In this document: positions 9,601 to 18,748 of the stretch, piece by piece
Numbering within the stretch: position 1 is the first letter of the stretch
Layout: every line of letters begins with the position of its first letter
NCBI GenBank assembly: GCA_038231435.1
Contig: JBBRLJ010000013.1
Location: 1-64,000 of the forward strand
DNA from: Planctomycetota bacterium
GTDB lineage: Bacteria; Planctomycetota; UBA11346
Length of the DNA stretch: 64,000 bases
Direction of reading: 5' to 3'
The notes under the pieces: model-generated
What the model was told of the DNA's origin: nothing
Databases searched by the model: none
The model's input: only the letters and a program-made list of their open reading frames with translations
Translations under genes and position numbers: made by a program

Positions 9601-9913
9601 CCTTGGTTCCGGCGCCGTCGTCGCTGCCCTTGTCGTAGTCGATGTAGCGGATGGTCTTGCCAGCCTCGAACGCGAAGGGCGCGGGCTTCCAGGCGAGATC
9701 GCCGCTCGGGGTCACGTCGGCGGCGGACTGGTTCCAGCTCCAGCGTTGGCGCTCGTGCGTGCGCGCCACGGCCGGGGTGGCCTTGGCCGGTTCGAGCACC
9801 GCCAAGGGCGCCTCGGCGGAGATGATCGTCGGCCCCGACGTGACCAACCCCATCACGCCGAGCGCGAGCCAGGCGGGAACCAGGGCGAGACGAGAGGGGC
9901 TGGCGTGCGGCAT
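6692..9913 (-). CDS. Secreted right-handed beta-helix (pectin-lyase-like) protein with C-terminal LamG-like domain
   Basis: Signal peptide; YVFKRG.TYRG; parallel beta-helix repeats; NDGKWHHV...IYVDG...F.GAID.LRI LamG motif. Confidence 0.85.
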   Translation of the reverse strand: MPHASPSRLALVPAWLALGVMGLVTSGPTIISAEAPLAVLEPAKATPAVARTHERQRWSWNQSAADVTPSGDLAWKPAPFAFEAGKTIRYIDYDKGSDDGAGTKEAPWKHHPWDAAAGGQAKASKGGVTYVFKRGVTYRGELHASESGAEGDPIRLTSDPKWGEGEAVIAGSEAVTGWKKGADNPDIPDAGSVWYADVAFAPRCVWSVSGKTAKDRVIERVELARTPNWKVSDPEDIMSEWWQWEQPEWWTNKNHIDFEGHRAHLGVDAKHLDKPASYYVGATVRTEYAIVMGTPFPTRVEGYDANRKGLIFQGIWYGDSEQLTTNCHYYLEDKPQYLDAAGEFWFDRKGEGGRLYLRLPGDRDPNQATVEVGRRTGIIESEGLSHVAITGLSFRFTNTWWDLTLAGWGHKDVDNACVRVLGPADDLRIANCLFDHAARAVRIESEKDGLDRIVISDNDISELDHGALLIKSCSKGDVKVLRNRLHVIGLRSYRQDHSHAVQVLFPATMEVAGNMLDRITGSGLFLYGGKSTGDTKDVALSRQLVHGNRAVDTLLAANDWGGIETWQGGPFYVYDNISGNPNGHWWGYAPDKPGSGRLGFAYYHDGGFKNYDFNNVAWGRSSDAKSRLCNQAAFYEAVWTVENTMFNNTVSQFYVGTQWSPGGGRHLFLGNLFLDVSGMIFQHGKLKEDKDVEVPGQYPHQSMAYSRNVIGGKLPEKLGVFETNGNGYADLATMKTAMAEHHPLAGDIGETSSKPLVKDVDKHDFHPVAGSAAIDHGVKVFVPWGLSRVVGEWQFRRDNADPSVLIDNHWNMAPYYVARENYHAMPRYDLKAEHVKAEDFVAGALEDWTASALTFNGTDQYAHVSTEVLDHPVTYESGGDKDKKKVTATGKELINPDIDTGNLLIEAYFQTKAGQGSCVLVAKMAEAGYQLAINKAGGITFSLKSAGQLAELASGAIINDGKWHHVIAEIDRATGAGSIYVDGKSSATGKLALPDGASLSNAAELLVGKNADGHFFAGAIDFLRIARGTLADAKTSIDELYDWELDGPFLRDFAGHDTAGKSRDAGAFESDGK

Positions 9914-10055
9914 GTGGGCTCCTGCGGACGTGGACGGCTATGAGGCTACGGGGGTGATGATGATGGGACGATAGCGGCGCGAGACCGGCCGTGCCGCAGT
10001 AACGAACGAGGGCAGACCCGGGGTGTGACCTGCGCCACCACTATCGGAAGCTCAT

Positions 10056-10067
10056 TAATACGTATCA
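10056..10067. promoter_or_regulatory. Candidate LacI-type operator TAATACGTATCA upstream of the beta-helix gene
   Basis: AT-rich CG-centred palindrome in a GC-rich intergenic region between sugar-active genes. Confidence 0.3.
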
Positions 10068-10140
10068 CCAGATGCCTGACCCACCCGAGCCGAGGTCGGG
10101 CCACGGCTCGAGCTGAGGCTGGGATCAGGCTCTCCTCAGT

Positions 10141-12486
10141 CTAAGGATAGGTGATCTCGTAATAGATGGCGTGGTCATGCGTGCCATCGATGACGAACTT
10201 GCCGTCGATCATCGGGATGGTGGCATCGGTACGGCGGCCGTCGTGGTCGAGCACGGTGACCGTGGGCGCCGTCGCGGCTGGCGCGGTGGCCGCCTTCTTC
10301 TGGTCGCCATCCTTGACGGTCTTGGCGCCGGCTCCGCCAGCGCGCTTGATGGTGATCGTCGCCTGCACGCCCTCGAGCAGCATCGGGGCCTTGCCGATGT
10401 CCTCGATGGTGTCGCCCGCGGCATTGAAGCGCATGCCGGTGTTGCGCGCGCGCGCAACCGCGGTGACGAGCAGGGATTTCGCCGTCGCGATGTCCTTGCC
10501 GCGCTCGAGGCTGGTGATGAAGACCACCGCGAAGGGGTTGTCGATGGTGATGGTCGCTTGTCCGAGCGTGAACGCGCGCTTCGGTGCGAAGCCGACCACC
10601 GCCTTGGTGCCGGGGGCATCGATGGTGAAGCAGCCTTGCCCGGCGGTGTCCCAGGCGAGCTGCTTGGTGGCCGAGGTGATGATGGTGCCCGAGGTGTAGG
10701 CCGCCATGTCCAGTGGCTTGATGTCGTCTTTCTTGTCTGCCTTCTTGTCTTCCTTGGTGTCGGAGGGCTTGTCCGTGCAGGTGATCTCGACGCGACCGGC
10801 GGCGATGGCCTCGGGCGGGACTGCTCCGCTGATGGATTTGACGTCGCCCTGCTGCTTGACGGTCTCGGCGAAGCCGACCTTGCCCTGCTCGAGCTCGGCG
10901 AGGCTGAGCTTGCGCTGCGAGATCACTGGTCCGCGCTTGATGTCGCCGCTGTAGATCATGCGCGCGAGCGCCGGATAGATGCCGATCTTGGTCGGGACAT
11001 CGGTATTCCACAGCGTCGATCCGCCCCATGGCTGGCGGTGGTCGACGGCGTCGCTGAAGCCGCTGCCGTCGGACGCGAACTGGTACGACATGCTCCAGCC
11101 CTGCAGCCCCATGCCGTATGCGGCGATGATCGGCGCGCCTTCGGCGAGCCAGTCGTTGGGGAGCTGGGTGTCCCATTCGGAGAGCGAGAAGGGATGCCCG
11201 GTGACCAGCTGCAGTCCGCTGGAGAGCAGCCCGCTGCCCGGATGGCTGAGCATGCTGCTGTTGTCGAACTTGGTCGGGGCGAATTGCCAGCCGTTCGGGG
11301 TGCCGCCGCCGAAGTAGTTGTGACGGTCGAGGATGCCGACCTGCTGGTCGCAATAGATGTTGTAGTAGTGCGACAGGCCCTCGGCGGCTTGCCAGGGCGA
11401 GCCGATGAGCGGGCCCTTGTAGCCGGCGGCACGGACGGCGGCGGTGACCTTGGCGTAGTATTTCGTCTGGCAATCGGCCAGGAAGCGGAACGCGTCGAAG
11501 AGCCGCTGCTCGGTGCCCTGCTCCTTGGCCATCTTCATGCCGTCGGGTCCGACGAACCACGGATTGCAGTTCGGAAAGATCGCGTCCTGGTCGAGCGATT
11601 CGTTGTCGAGATGGTCCTTGAAGGCGTTGAGCGCGCGCGGGCCCCACGCCGCCAAGAGCCCCGCCTGGTCCTTGTACTTGATCCGCAGCCAGTCGCAGAA
11701 TTGCTTGCAGAACATCTTCTTGTAGGTCGGGCAAGCGAGCACCTGCTTGTCGGTCGACCACCAGAAGATGTCGTCTTCGTTCTGGATCTCGAGGTAGGCG
11801 AGCGCTGGATCCTCGGCGTAGGTCAGGCCGGTGAGCGGATTCTTGTGCTTGAGCAGCTTGACCAAGAGATCGATGTGCAGCTGCTGAAGGTCGGGCGCGA
11901 AATTCACCAGCCCCATGGTGTTGCCGCCGACCTTGGACGAGAGCTCTTCGCCCGCAACCAGCGCCGCCTTGTTGCCCGGCTTGATCTGCAGGTAGTAGAT
12001 CGGCGACCAGCCGGAATAGATGCCGACCTTCTTCAACGCGGCGAAGTTGTAGTCGAAAAGTTCCCAGTTGGCGGCAGTGATCGTGGTCGCATCGTCGGGT
12101 TCGCAGATGGTCTGCATGAACTTGTGCTGGCGCACCGCGTTGACGCCGTACTTGGCGTAGAACGCGGCGCGGCGGTCAGCCTCGTCCTTCTTCGGCGCGC
12201 AGCCCTGGTTGCAGTTGTTCACGCCCCAGAAGACCGCGGCGGTGTTGTCGGCGAACGACAGGTGGTCGCCGTCGATCTTCGTCATGCCGTGGCGGCCCGC
12301 GGGCTTGTCGAGCCAGTCGGCCATGCCGATGACGCTCGCTCCGTTGTCGTTTGCGGGCTTGAAGGGGAACCAGCCGTCCTCGGTCGCGGCGTTGGCTTGC
12401 GCGAACGGCGCGCCGGCCAGGAGCGCGAGCGCCACCATGCTCGGGAGACAGGGCGCGCGAGAGACGAGGGTTCCGAAGGTGAACAT
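10141..12486 (-). CDS. Secreted glycoside hydrolase, clan GH-A (GH5/GH42-like)
   Basis: FWGVN; GVNAVR.H; HKNPLTGLTYAEDPALAYLEIQNED (acid/base NE); D.H.Y; PFSLSEW (nucleophile E). Confidence 0.85.
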   Translation of the reverse strand: MFTFGTLVSRAPCLPSMVALALLAGAPFAQANAATEDGWFPFKPANDNGASVIGMADWLDKPAGRHGMTKIDGDHLSFADNTAAVFWGVNNCNQGCAPKKDEADRRAAFYAKYGVNAVRQHKFMQTICEPDDATTITAANWELFDYNFAALKKVGIYSGWSPIYYLQIKPGNKAALVAGEELSSKVGGNTMGLVNFAPDLQQLHIDLLVKLLKHKNPLTGLTYAEDPALAYLEIQNEDDIFWWSTDKQVLACPTYKKMFCKQFCDWLRIKYKDQAGLLAAWGPRALNAFKDHLDNESLDQDAIFPNCNPWFVGPDGMKMAKEQGTEQRLFDAFRFLADCQTKYYAKVTAAVRAAGYKGPLIGSPWQAAEGLSHYYNIYCDQQVGILDRHNYFGGGTPNGWQFAPTKFDNSSMLSHPGSGLLSSGLQLVTGHPFSLSEWDTQLPNDWLAEGAPIIAAYGMGLQGWSMSYQFASDGSGFSDAVDHRQPWGGSTLWNTDVPTKIGIYPALARMIYSGDIKRGPVISQRKLSLAELEQGKVGFAETVKQQGDVKSISGAVPPEAIAAGRVEITCTDKPSDTKEDKKADKKDDIKPLDMAAYTSGTIITSATKQLAWDTAGQGCFTIDAPGTKAVVGFAPKRAFTLGQATITIDNPFAVVFITSLERGKDIATAKSLLVTAVARARNTGMRFNAAGDTIEDIGKAPMLLEGVQATITIKRAGGAGAKTVKDGDQKKAATAPAATAPTVTVLDHDGRRTDATIPMIDGKFVIDGTHDHAIYYEITYP

Positions 12487-12743
12487 CGCGGGGCTCCTGG
12501 AATGAGAGAATGCGGCGGTGCGCGCAAGTGACAGGTGCAACTGGCCGGGCTTCGCTCCGTGTCAGCACCAGTGAGTCCATATAGGCACCGCTCCGACAGG
12601 GCCATGCATCGAATGAACCATCCCCATGGATCCGCTCCGCTGACGGCATCGTGCTGTGTATTTTGTTTTCCGCGCTTTACGCTGCGCGCCATTCCCGCCA
12701 TCCTCTTCCAGGCATCTCGGCACATCACTTTCCAGGAAACTCC

Positions 12744-14939
12744 ATGCGCATTTCCAGCCTCGCCTCGACACGTTCTTCTCAGTCATCGTCGACGGCCTCG
12801 TCCAGGAGGGCCTCGGCGCTGATCCCGACGCTGCTGATCTGGTGCGGCGCCACCTGCGCCGCCATGGCGGAGACGGCTCCGGCGCGCGAGGCTTCCGGCA
12901 CTGGCACCGGCGCCGCCCTCGGCCAGGTGTCGATCTCCGACGGCGCCGCGCTGATCGCACATTGGAACGCGAGCATCTACGGCAAGCTGTGGGCCGACCC
13001 GGCGCTCGCCCCGCTGCATGGGCTGCTGCAGCAGGGCGTGGACACGCTCGGCGAGCAGACCGGCATCGATCCCTTCACCGCGCTGGCCGCGGCGAAAGGC
13101 ATCTCGTTCCGCTGGCTCGGGCTCGGCAAGGAGGGGGATCACCTCCCCCAGGTTGCGGTCGAAGCCGATCTCGGCGGCCAGGCTGCCCAGATGATGGAGC
13201 TCGCGCGCAAGGCGCAGTGGACTCCTGCAACCGTGGCCGGAGCCGATGAGGCGCTGGCGCACGAGGACACGCACGCGCTGCTCGCGCGCTATGGACACCA
13301 GCTGCGGCTGGTGTTCAACCAGGCCGAGCTGCCGACTTGGGCGGTCGAGACCGGCAAGTCGGACATGACCTCGCGCCTGGACGTGCCGAAGATGGCGAGC
13401 GCTATCGGCGCGGTGCTCACCGACGAGCAGGCCGACGGTTTCGCCGGTACGTTCCTCGCCTGGCTGCGCGCTCACGTGGGCGTGATCACCAGCGAGATGC
13501 GCATCACCGCCGATGGCATGCGCGACACCTACGTGATTCCCGCGCCGACCTCCGGATTCATCCCCGTCGATCGCGCCATGCTCGCGCGCATCCCCGCCAA
13601 CGCGGTGTCGGTCAGCGCCACGGGCCTCGATGGCGCGGCATGGTGGAAGGAATACGGCGAGCTGGTGCTGGGCGCGGTGGCCGCCTCGCAGCCCAAACCC
13701 GCTGACGCGCGCTCGGCGCAGGCCAAGATCGACGAGACACTCAAGGCCCTCGGCCTGCCCGGCCTGCCCGAGCTGATCGGCGGCATCACGGGCACGCACC
13801 TCTTCTTCATGACTCCGGGCGTGCCGATGATGGGCATGTCGCTCGTGATGCGGCGTTCCGAGGTGGTCGATCTGTGCGTGCGCGAACTGCTCGCGCGCGT
13901 CGGCGAACAGCCGCCCGCCGAGGGCGCGTCGATCATGCTGCCGGTGCCGAACATGCCATTCACGCCGCAACTGGTGCTCGACAAGGATTGCTGGCTGCTC
14001 ACCACCGACAGCGTGCTCGCGACCCAGTGGATCGGTGTCGATGGCGGTTGGTCGGCCTCGCCGGTCGGCAAGGTGGTGCTGGCGCACGCCGATGACAAGG
14101 CGGTGATGATCAGCGGCACCGACAACGCGGCGATGATCCAGACCATGGCCGGCTACGCGGGCATGGGGCTCGCGCAGGCGAACGGCTTGACGCCCGAGCA
14201 GAAGCGCGCGATCCAGCAGGGGCTGACGCGCTTCGCGGCGCTGGCCAAGCCCGGCTACGGCGTGGTGCGCGCGACCGCCACCGGCTTCGAGGCCGACATC
14301 GAATCGGTGTTCAGCTCGAGCCTGGTGCTGGGACTGATCCCGGCGATCGCGATCCCGAACATGCTCGAGAGCCGGGTGGGGGCGCAGGAAGCGGCGACCG
14401 CCGCGGCCTTGAAATCCGGCATCCTGCCCGCCGAGGTCCAGTTCCAGGCCGGCGGCTACGCCGATGGCAACGCCGATGGCATCGGCGAATACGGCTTCTT
14501 TCCAGAACTCTCCGGCGCCGGGCCTGCGGGCGCCGACGGCAGCGTCACCCTGAACCTGCTGGCTCCCGCCTACAACGTCGAGAAGCCGACCATCAACGGC
14601 TACCGCTTCGTCGTCTACCTGCCCGACGGCAAGGGGGGCGCGGTGTCGACGCTTCCGGCCGCGCGGCCCAAGGACGGTGCCAAGGAGCGCGAGCGCTTCT
14701 GGGTCGCCTACGCCTGGCCCAGCGACGCCAAGCAGGGCCGCCGGGCCTTCGCCATCGATCAGTCGGGCAACGTCTACGCGACCAAGCCGGCGGCGAAGAT
14801 CGAGGAACCGAAGTGGGACGATCTCTACGCCGGCAAGGGCTGGGGATCCACGCCGACCTGGGTCCCGTACCGCCGCGGTGGCCGTCGCCAAGGGCAGCCG
14901 CAGGCCCAGCCGGACCCGAAGGCGAATCCCGAGTTCTGA
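12744..14939 (+). CDS. Exported protein: large N-terminal domain plus C-terminal pilin-like (DUF2950-like) domain
   Basis: AIAIPNMLESR...EAA...LK; D.NADGIGEYG..ELSG; NGYRFVVYLPD; WVAYAWP; GRRAFAIDQSG; paralog at 40993-43098. Confidence 0.8.
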   Translation: MRISSLASTRSSQSSSTASSRRASALIPTLLIWCGATCAAMAETAPAREASGTGTGAALGQVSISDGAALIAHWNASIYGKLWADPALAPLHGLLQQGVDTLGEQTGIDPFTALAAAKGISFRWLGLGKEGDHLPQVAVEADLGGQAAQMMELARKAQWTPATVAGADEALAHEDTHALLARYGHQLRLVFNQAELPTWAVETGKSDMTSRLDVPKMASAIGAVLTDEQADGFAGTFLAWLRAHVGVITSEMRITADGMRDTYVIPAPTSGFIPVDRAMLARIPANAVSVSATGLDGAAWWKEYGELVLGAVAASQPKPADARSAQAKIDETLKALGLPGLPELIGGITGTHLFFMTPGVPMMGMSLVMRRSEVVDLCVRELLARVGEQPPAEGASIMLPVPNMPFTPQLVLDKDCWLLTTDSVLATQWIGVDGGWSASPVGKVVLAHADDKAVMISGTDNAAMIQTMAGYAGMGLAQANGLTPEQKRAIQQGLTRFAALAKPGYGVVRATATGFEADIESVFSSSLVLGLIPAIAIPNMLESRVGAQEAATAAALKSGILPAEVQFQAGGYADGNADGIGEYGFFPELSGAGPAGADGSVTLNLLAPAYNVEKPTINGYRFVVYLPDGKGGAVSTLPAARPKDGAKERERFWVAYAWPSDAKQGRRAFAIDQSGNVYATKPAAKIEEPKWDDLYAGKGWGSTPTWVPYRRGGRRQGQPQAQPDPKANPEF

Positions 14940-14986
14940 GCCAGCGCACGCGCGCCATTCGACAGCACGTCCATCACGGAGGATCC

Positions 14987-15373
14987 ATGTTCCCTTCCCC
15001 GTTTCCTGCGAACGGATGCATTCCGGCGCGCGCGATCCTCTACCGCGCGATCGCCGTCATCACCCTCACGTTCGGCGTCGCCGGCTGCCTGCCGCCACGC
15101 GACCACGCCGCGTTGCCCGAGGTCTCAGACCGCATGACCACTTGGGCGACCGGGCAGTGGGCCGACGCGACGACCACGCAGCTCATGCATGGTCGCGACA
15201 CCATGCTCGGCAAGTGCACCGCCTGCCACAGCATGCCGTCTCCCGATCACGAATCGGCCAAGGAGTGGCCATCGGTGATGAAGAGCATGAGCCACAAGGC
15301 GAAGCTCCCTGATACCGACGAGGCGGCGATGCTGCGCTACATCCTCGCCGCACGTGAGACGGCAGCCCCATGA
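14987..15373 (+). CDS. Monoheme cytochrome c lipoprotein
   Basis: GGAGGA RBS; lipobox VAGC; CTACH heme motif; W..VM..M..KAKL. Confidence 0.85.
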   Translation: MFPSPFPANGCIPARAILYRAIAVITLTFGVAGCLPPRDHAALPEVSDRMTTWATGQWADATTTQLMHGRDTMLGKCTACHSMPSPDHESAKEWPSVMKSMSHKAKLPDTDEAAMLRYILAARETAAP

Positions 15374-15708
15374 CGCAGGCGGATGGCGCGCTGCTCCTGC
15401 AGGCAGCCACGTTCTTCTGCGTGGTGGCGGCGATCGTCGTCCTCGCGCGTCTCGCCCGTCGCATCGAGCGTCTCGAACGCCGCATCGATGGCGAGCTCGT
15501 CGGGAAACGGCGGGATTCCGAGGCGTCATCCGAGACCTTCCGCTCGGTTGCTCTCGATCGCCACGCCGGAGCGAATTCCGCCCTCACCGATGCGATCACG
15601 CACGAGGACCAGATCGAGGAAGCGCCGCGCACCGTCGCCACCGACGAGCTCTCGCAGCTGGCTGGGCGCTTTCAGCAGGAGAAGCAGCAGGGTAAGCGGC
15701 AGGGATAG
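15370..15708 (+). CDS. Small single-TM protein
   Basis: ATGA overlap with cytochrome gene; N-terminal TM then coiled-coil-like region. Confidence 0.7.
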   Translation: MTQADGALLLQAATFFCVVAAIVVLARLARRIERLERRIDGELVGKRRDSEASSETFRSVALDRHAGANSALTDAITHEDQIEEAPRTVATDELSQLAGRFQQEKQQGKRQG

Positions 15709-15748
15709 CCGCGGCTGAGCCGTCGCCGGCGATTCCTCGATCCGTAGG

Positions 15749-16870
15749 TCATTCCCCGATGAAACGGCGCACGAACGGCCAGGCATCCTGCTTGTAGTAG
15801 CGGTGGCCGCCGTCGCCGATCGACAGCGCGCAGCGATCCTCGGCTCCGGCGGCGCGATAGATGGCCTTCAGGCTCTCGAACGAGCGACGCACGGCCGCGA
15901 CCGGAAAGAGCTCGTCGTCGCGTCCGGCGATGGCCAGGAACGGCCGCGGTGCGATCAGGCCGGCGACGTCGGCCATCTCGGCGTGCGCGAGCAGGCCGGG
16001 CACATAGTTGCATTCGCAGTGCCAGATGCTGCCGATCGATTCCTCGAAGGTGCAGAAGTAGCAGCTGGGCATGGCCACGGTGATGCGTTCGTCGCAGGCG
16101 GCGGCGAACAGCGATATCGTGCCGCCACCGGAATTGCCGGTGATGACCACGCGCGTCGCGTCGCAATCCGGGCGCGTAGCCGCCCAGTCGATGAGCCGCG
16201 ACATGTCCCATACGCGTTCACCGATCAGGGTGCGGCCGAACAGCAGCGCATGCATCTGCATGGTGCGGCACGACGAGCACGCATCCGCGTCGAGCTCGCG
16301 CTTCATGCGCAGCGAGGCGAAGGCGCGCATGTCCGGCGCGATGGCGATGAATCCGGCTTCGACCGCCTGCACCGCGATGTCGCGCTCGCCATCGATCATC
16401 TCGCGCCGGCTGGCCTCGTCGGTGGCGATGCCGGCATAGGTCGCCTTGCCGGCCTTGCCGTGGCCGTGCGGCGTGAGCACCACCGGCAGGCGGCGGCCCG
16501 CCTGGGGATCCAGCGGCTTGAGCAGGAAGACCGGCAGCTCGAAGCCGGGCTCGGTGGGAATGCGCCATTCCTCGCGCACGTGGCTCGCGAGGGTGGTGGT
16601 GCCGACCAGGCGCGGCGCCTGATCCGGGACGCCGCGTTCGGCAATGCGGTCGATGCCCAGCATGCGCATCAGCTCGGGGCGGAACGCGCGCTGCCACGCC
16701 GTGACCTCCGCCGGCGTGGTGGCGGCGCACGCGAAGCGGCGATGCAGGCCCCGCGCGAGCACGCCCACATAGCCGTCGGAGGTCAACACCGAGGACGAGG
16801 GATCCCGCGCTGGCGCCGACGAGGGAGACGCCGGCGGTTTCGGCGATGCAGGCGTGCTGGGGCCGGACAT
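15749..16870 (-). CDS. Alpha/beta hydrolase (dienelactone hydrolase/acetylxylan esterase-like)
   Basis: LTPHGHG; GNSGGG nucleophile elbow; HCECNYVPG; IAPRP; G..D.LFP; GGH. Confidence 0.9.
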   Translation of the reverse strand: MSGPSTPASPKPPASPSSAPARDPSSSVLTSDGYVGVLARGLHRRFACAATTPAEVTAWQRAFRPELMRMLGIDRIAERGVPDQAPRLVGTTTLASHVREEWRIPTEPGFELPVFLLKPLDPQAGRRLPVVLTPHGHGKAGKATYAGIATDEASRREMIDGERDIAVQAVEAGFIAIAPDMRAFASLRMKRELDADACSSCRTMQMHALLFGRTLIGERVWDMSRLIDWAATRPDCDATRVVITGNSGGGTISLFAAACDERITVAMPSCYFCTFEESIGSIWHCECNYVPGLLAHAEMADVAGLIAPRPFLAIAGRDDELFPVAAVRRSFESLKAIYRAAGAEDRCALSIGDGGHRYYKQDAWPFVRRFIGE

Positions 16871-16926
16871 GGTCGTCTCCGTGCGGTGTCGAGGATGCGC
16901 GGCGCGATCAACGGACGGTCAACGGG

Positions 16927-17331
16927 TCATGGAGCGGGAGACTCGGCCGAGGTCTGGCCGCGGCGAGGAGTCCCAAACAGCAACGCGACGCCGATGCCGC
17001 CGAGGGTCAAGAGCGCCACGGGCATCCAGTAACCGGTCGGGCTGAATTCGTGGCCGAAGAGCATCAACCCTGGGAAATCGGGCGTGCCGAAGCCGGGCTT
17101 GGTGAAATTTCGCAGCCAGAAGACCAGGTACACGATCGTCCACAGCCCGCCGATCGCGACCAGCAGCACCGAGGCGACGCGCAGGATCTGGACGATGATC
17201 GGCATGGCTGGGTACGACGGTAGGGGGCGGGGCTGGTGGGTGAAGGGGGATGCCGCATACGCTGGATCCTCGGCGAACCAGCTCCTCGCCGCTGGCTTCA
17301 CCGGGCTGCGTGGGGTATCCTCGGGAAGCAT
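16927..17331 (-). CDS. Small membrane protein (2 TM)
   Basis: Two hydrophobic helices; start may be 17205. Confidence 0.6.
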   Translation of the reverse strand: MLPEDTPRSPVKPAARSWFAEDPAYAASPFTHQPRPLPSYPAMPIIVQILRVASVLLVAIGGLWTIVYLVFWLRNFTKPGFGTPDFPGLMLFGHEFSPTGYWMPVALLTLGGIGVALLFGTPRRGQTSAESPAP

Positions 17332-17419
17332 GTTCCGCCTCGCTCACACGCCATCGCTCCTGCCTTCGCTGCTGTCTTTGTCGATGCCTTTGTCGATGCC
17401 TTCGCCGCTGTCGTTGCCG

Positions 17420-18739
17420 ATGCAGTCGCTGGTCCCGCTCCTGCTCATGGCCGCGTGCGTGTTCGGCGTCGTTCCCTCGGCCTCTCTCGCCAGCGGGGCC
17501 GAGGAGCAGCTGTCGTCGGTGCCGGATCCGTTCGGTCTCGGCGAGCGCTTGGCGCTCATCGACTGGCTGCACGAGCATGGCCACGAGACCGCGCCCGGCA
17601 TCGAGCTCGCCGAATTGCGCACGCTCTACGCATCAGCCGCATCAGCCGCGAGAGCCGCGAGCGAGGCAACGGTCGCCTCCGATCCCCAAGCAGATCACCA
17701 GGCGGTTCACCGGGCGGATGCCCAGCCGAGTGCCCAGTCCGCAGCGACGGCGGATCCCGCCGCTACCGCTGATCGCGAGGCCGCAGCGCTCGAGCTGTGG
17801 CGGCAGCATGGCGAGAATCCCGCCGCCGGCTCTGACGCCCAAACCATCCGCGCGCGCATCGCCGAACTTGACACCAAGCGCGGTAAAGCCGATGCGAGCG
17901 AACGCGAACGCCAAGGCGATGACGACGCGACGCTCTCGTCGAAGCCGCGCGCCGCCGGCGACAAGCGGCCCTCCTTGAAGCCAGGCCCCGCCGAGCGCAA
18001 GCCAGCCGACGCCGCGCATCCAGCCGCGGCCACGGCCGCATTGGCGAAGCCGCCTGCCAAGCCCGCCGAGATCCGCGAGGTAGCGCATCCGAAGGACATG
18101 GGCGACGAGACGCGTGCGTACGTGATCTCACCCGACAGTTCTCCGATCCTGATCGTGGTCTGCGACGCCAGCCTGCGCGGAGTCATGGAGCCGATCCTCG
18201 CGCGCTGGCCGGCGGCCGAACGTCTGGCCGCCGGCGTCGATGGTACCGTCATCATTCATGGCCACAGCGATGGCGGCAATTTCAACGACGGCGTGCTCAA
18301 GCAGACTGGCGCGATCGGCGGCGATCTCGCCGAGCACCTGCGCCGCAACCGTGAATTCTACGAGACCCTGGGCGGCACCCGCGAGCGTCGCCCGCTCGAC
18401 ATGGCGGTGATGACCGGCTGCAACGCCGGCGGCTTCAATCAGGAGCGCGAGCTGAAGGACGGCCTCGGCTACCGGCCCCTGCACCGTGTCTTCACCACCC
18501 CCGAATGCCTCGATTGCGCCGCCACCTGCCTGCCAGCGATCATGGCCGCGGGCTCGACCACGTTCGATTTCGCCAAGCCCTGGCGCGCGAAATACACGCT
18601 CTTCGAGAAGCTGGTCGCCCACGGCGACAAGAAGTACGCAGTATCCTCGTACTCGGCGGTCGACCAGAACGCCTTCGATGTGCACGACCAGATGCACCGC
18701 TTCATCGTGGCCGACACCGGCATCCACGAGGAGCCATGA
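17420..18739 (+). CDS. Exported protein with C-terminal putative clan CD (caspase/CPD/DUF4347-like) His-Cys domain
   Basis: Signal peptide; DPFGLGERLALID N-domain; Ala/Pro linker; VIIHGHSDGG and AVMTGCNAGG; start may be 17330-17447. Confidence 0.7.
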   Translation: MQSLVPLLLMAACVFGVVPSASLASGAEEQLSSVPDPFGLGERLALIDWLHEHGHETAPGIELAELRTLYASAASAARAASEATVASDPQADHQAVHRADAQPSAQSAATADPAATADREAAALELWRQHGENPAAGSDAQTIRARIAELDTKRGKADASERERQGDDDATLSSKPRAAGDKRPSLKPGPAERKPADAAHPAAATAALAKPPAKPAEIREVAHPKDMGDETRAYVISPDSSPILIVVCDASLRGVMEPILARWPAAERLAAGVDGTVIIHGHSDGGNFNDGVLKQTGAIGGDLAEHLRRNREFYETLGGTRERRPLDMAVMTGCNAGGFNQERELKDGLGYRPLHRVFTTPECLDCAATCLPAIMAAGSTTFDFAKPWRAKYTLFEKLVAHGDKKYAVSSYSAVDQNAFDVHDQMHRFIVADTGIHEEP

Positions 18740-18748
18740 TGCTTTCTT

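Noticed and set aside
10171..12531. Long antisense ORFs (also 8276-9943, 12783-14891, 24005-26185, 55831-58749, 61689-63362)
   Set aside because: Shadow frames of real genes caused by high-GC codon bias; no motifs
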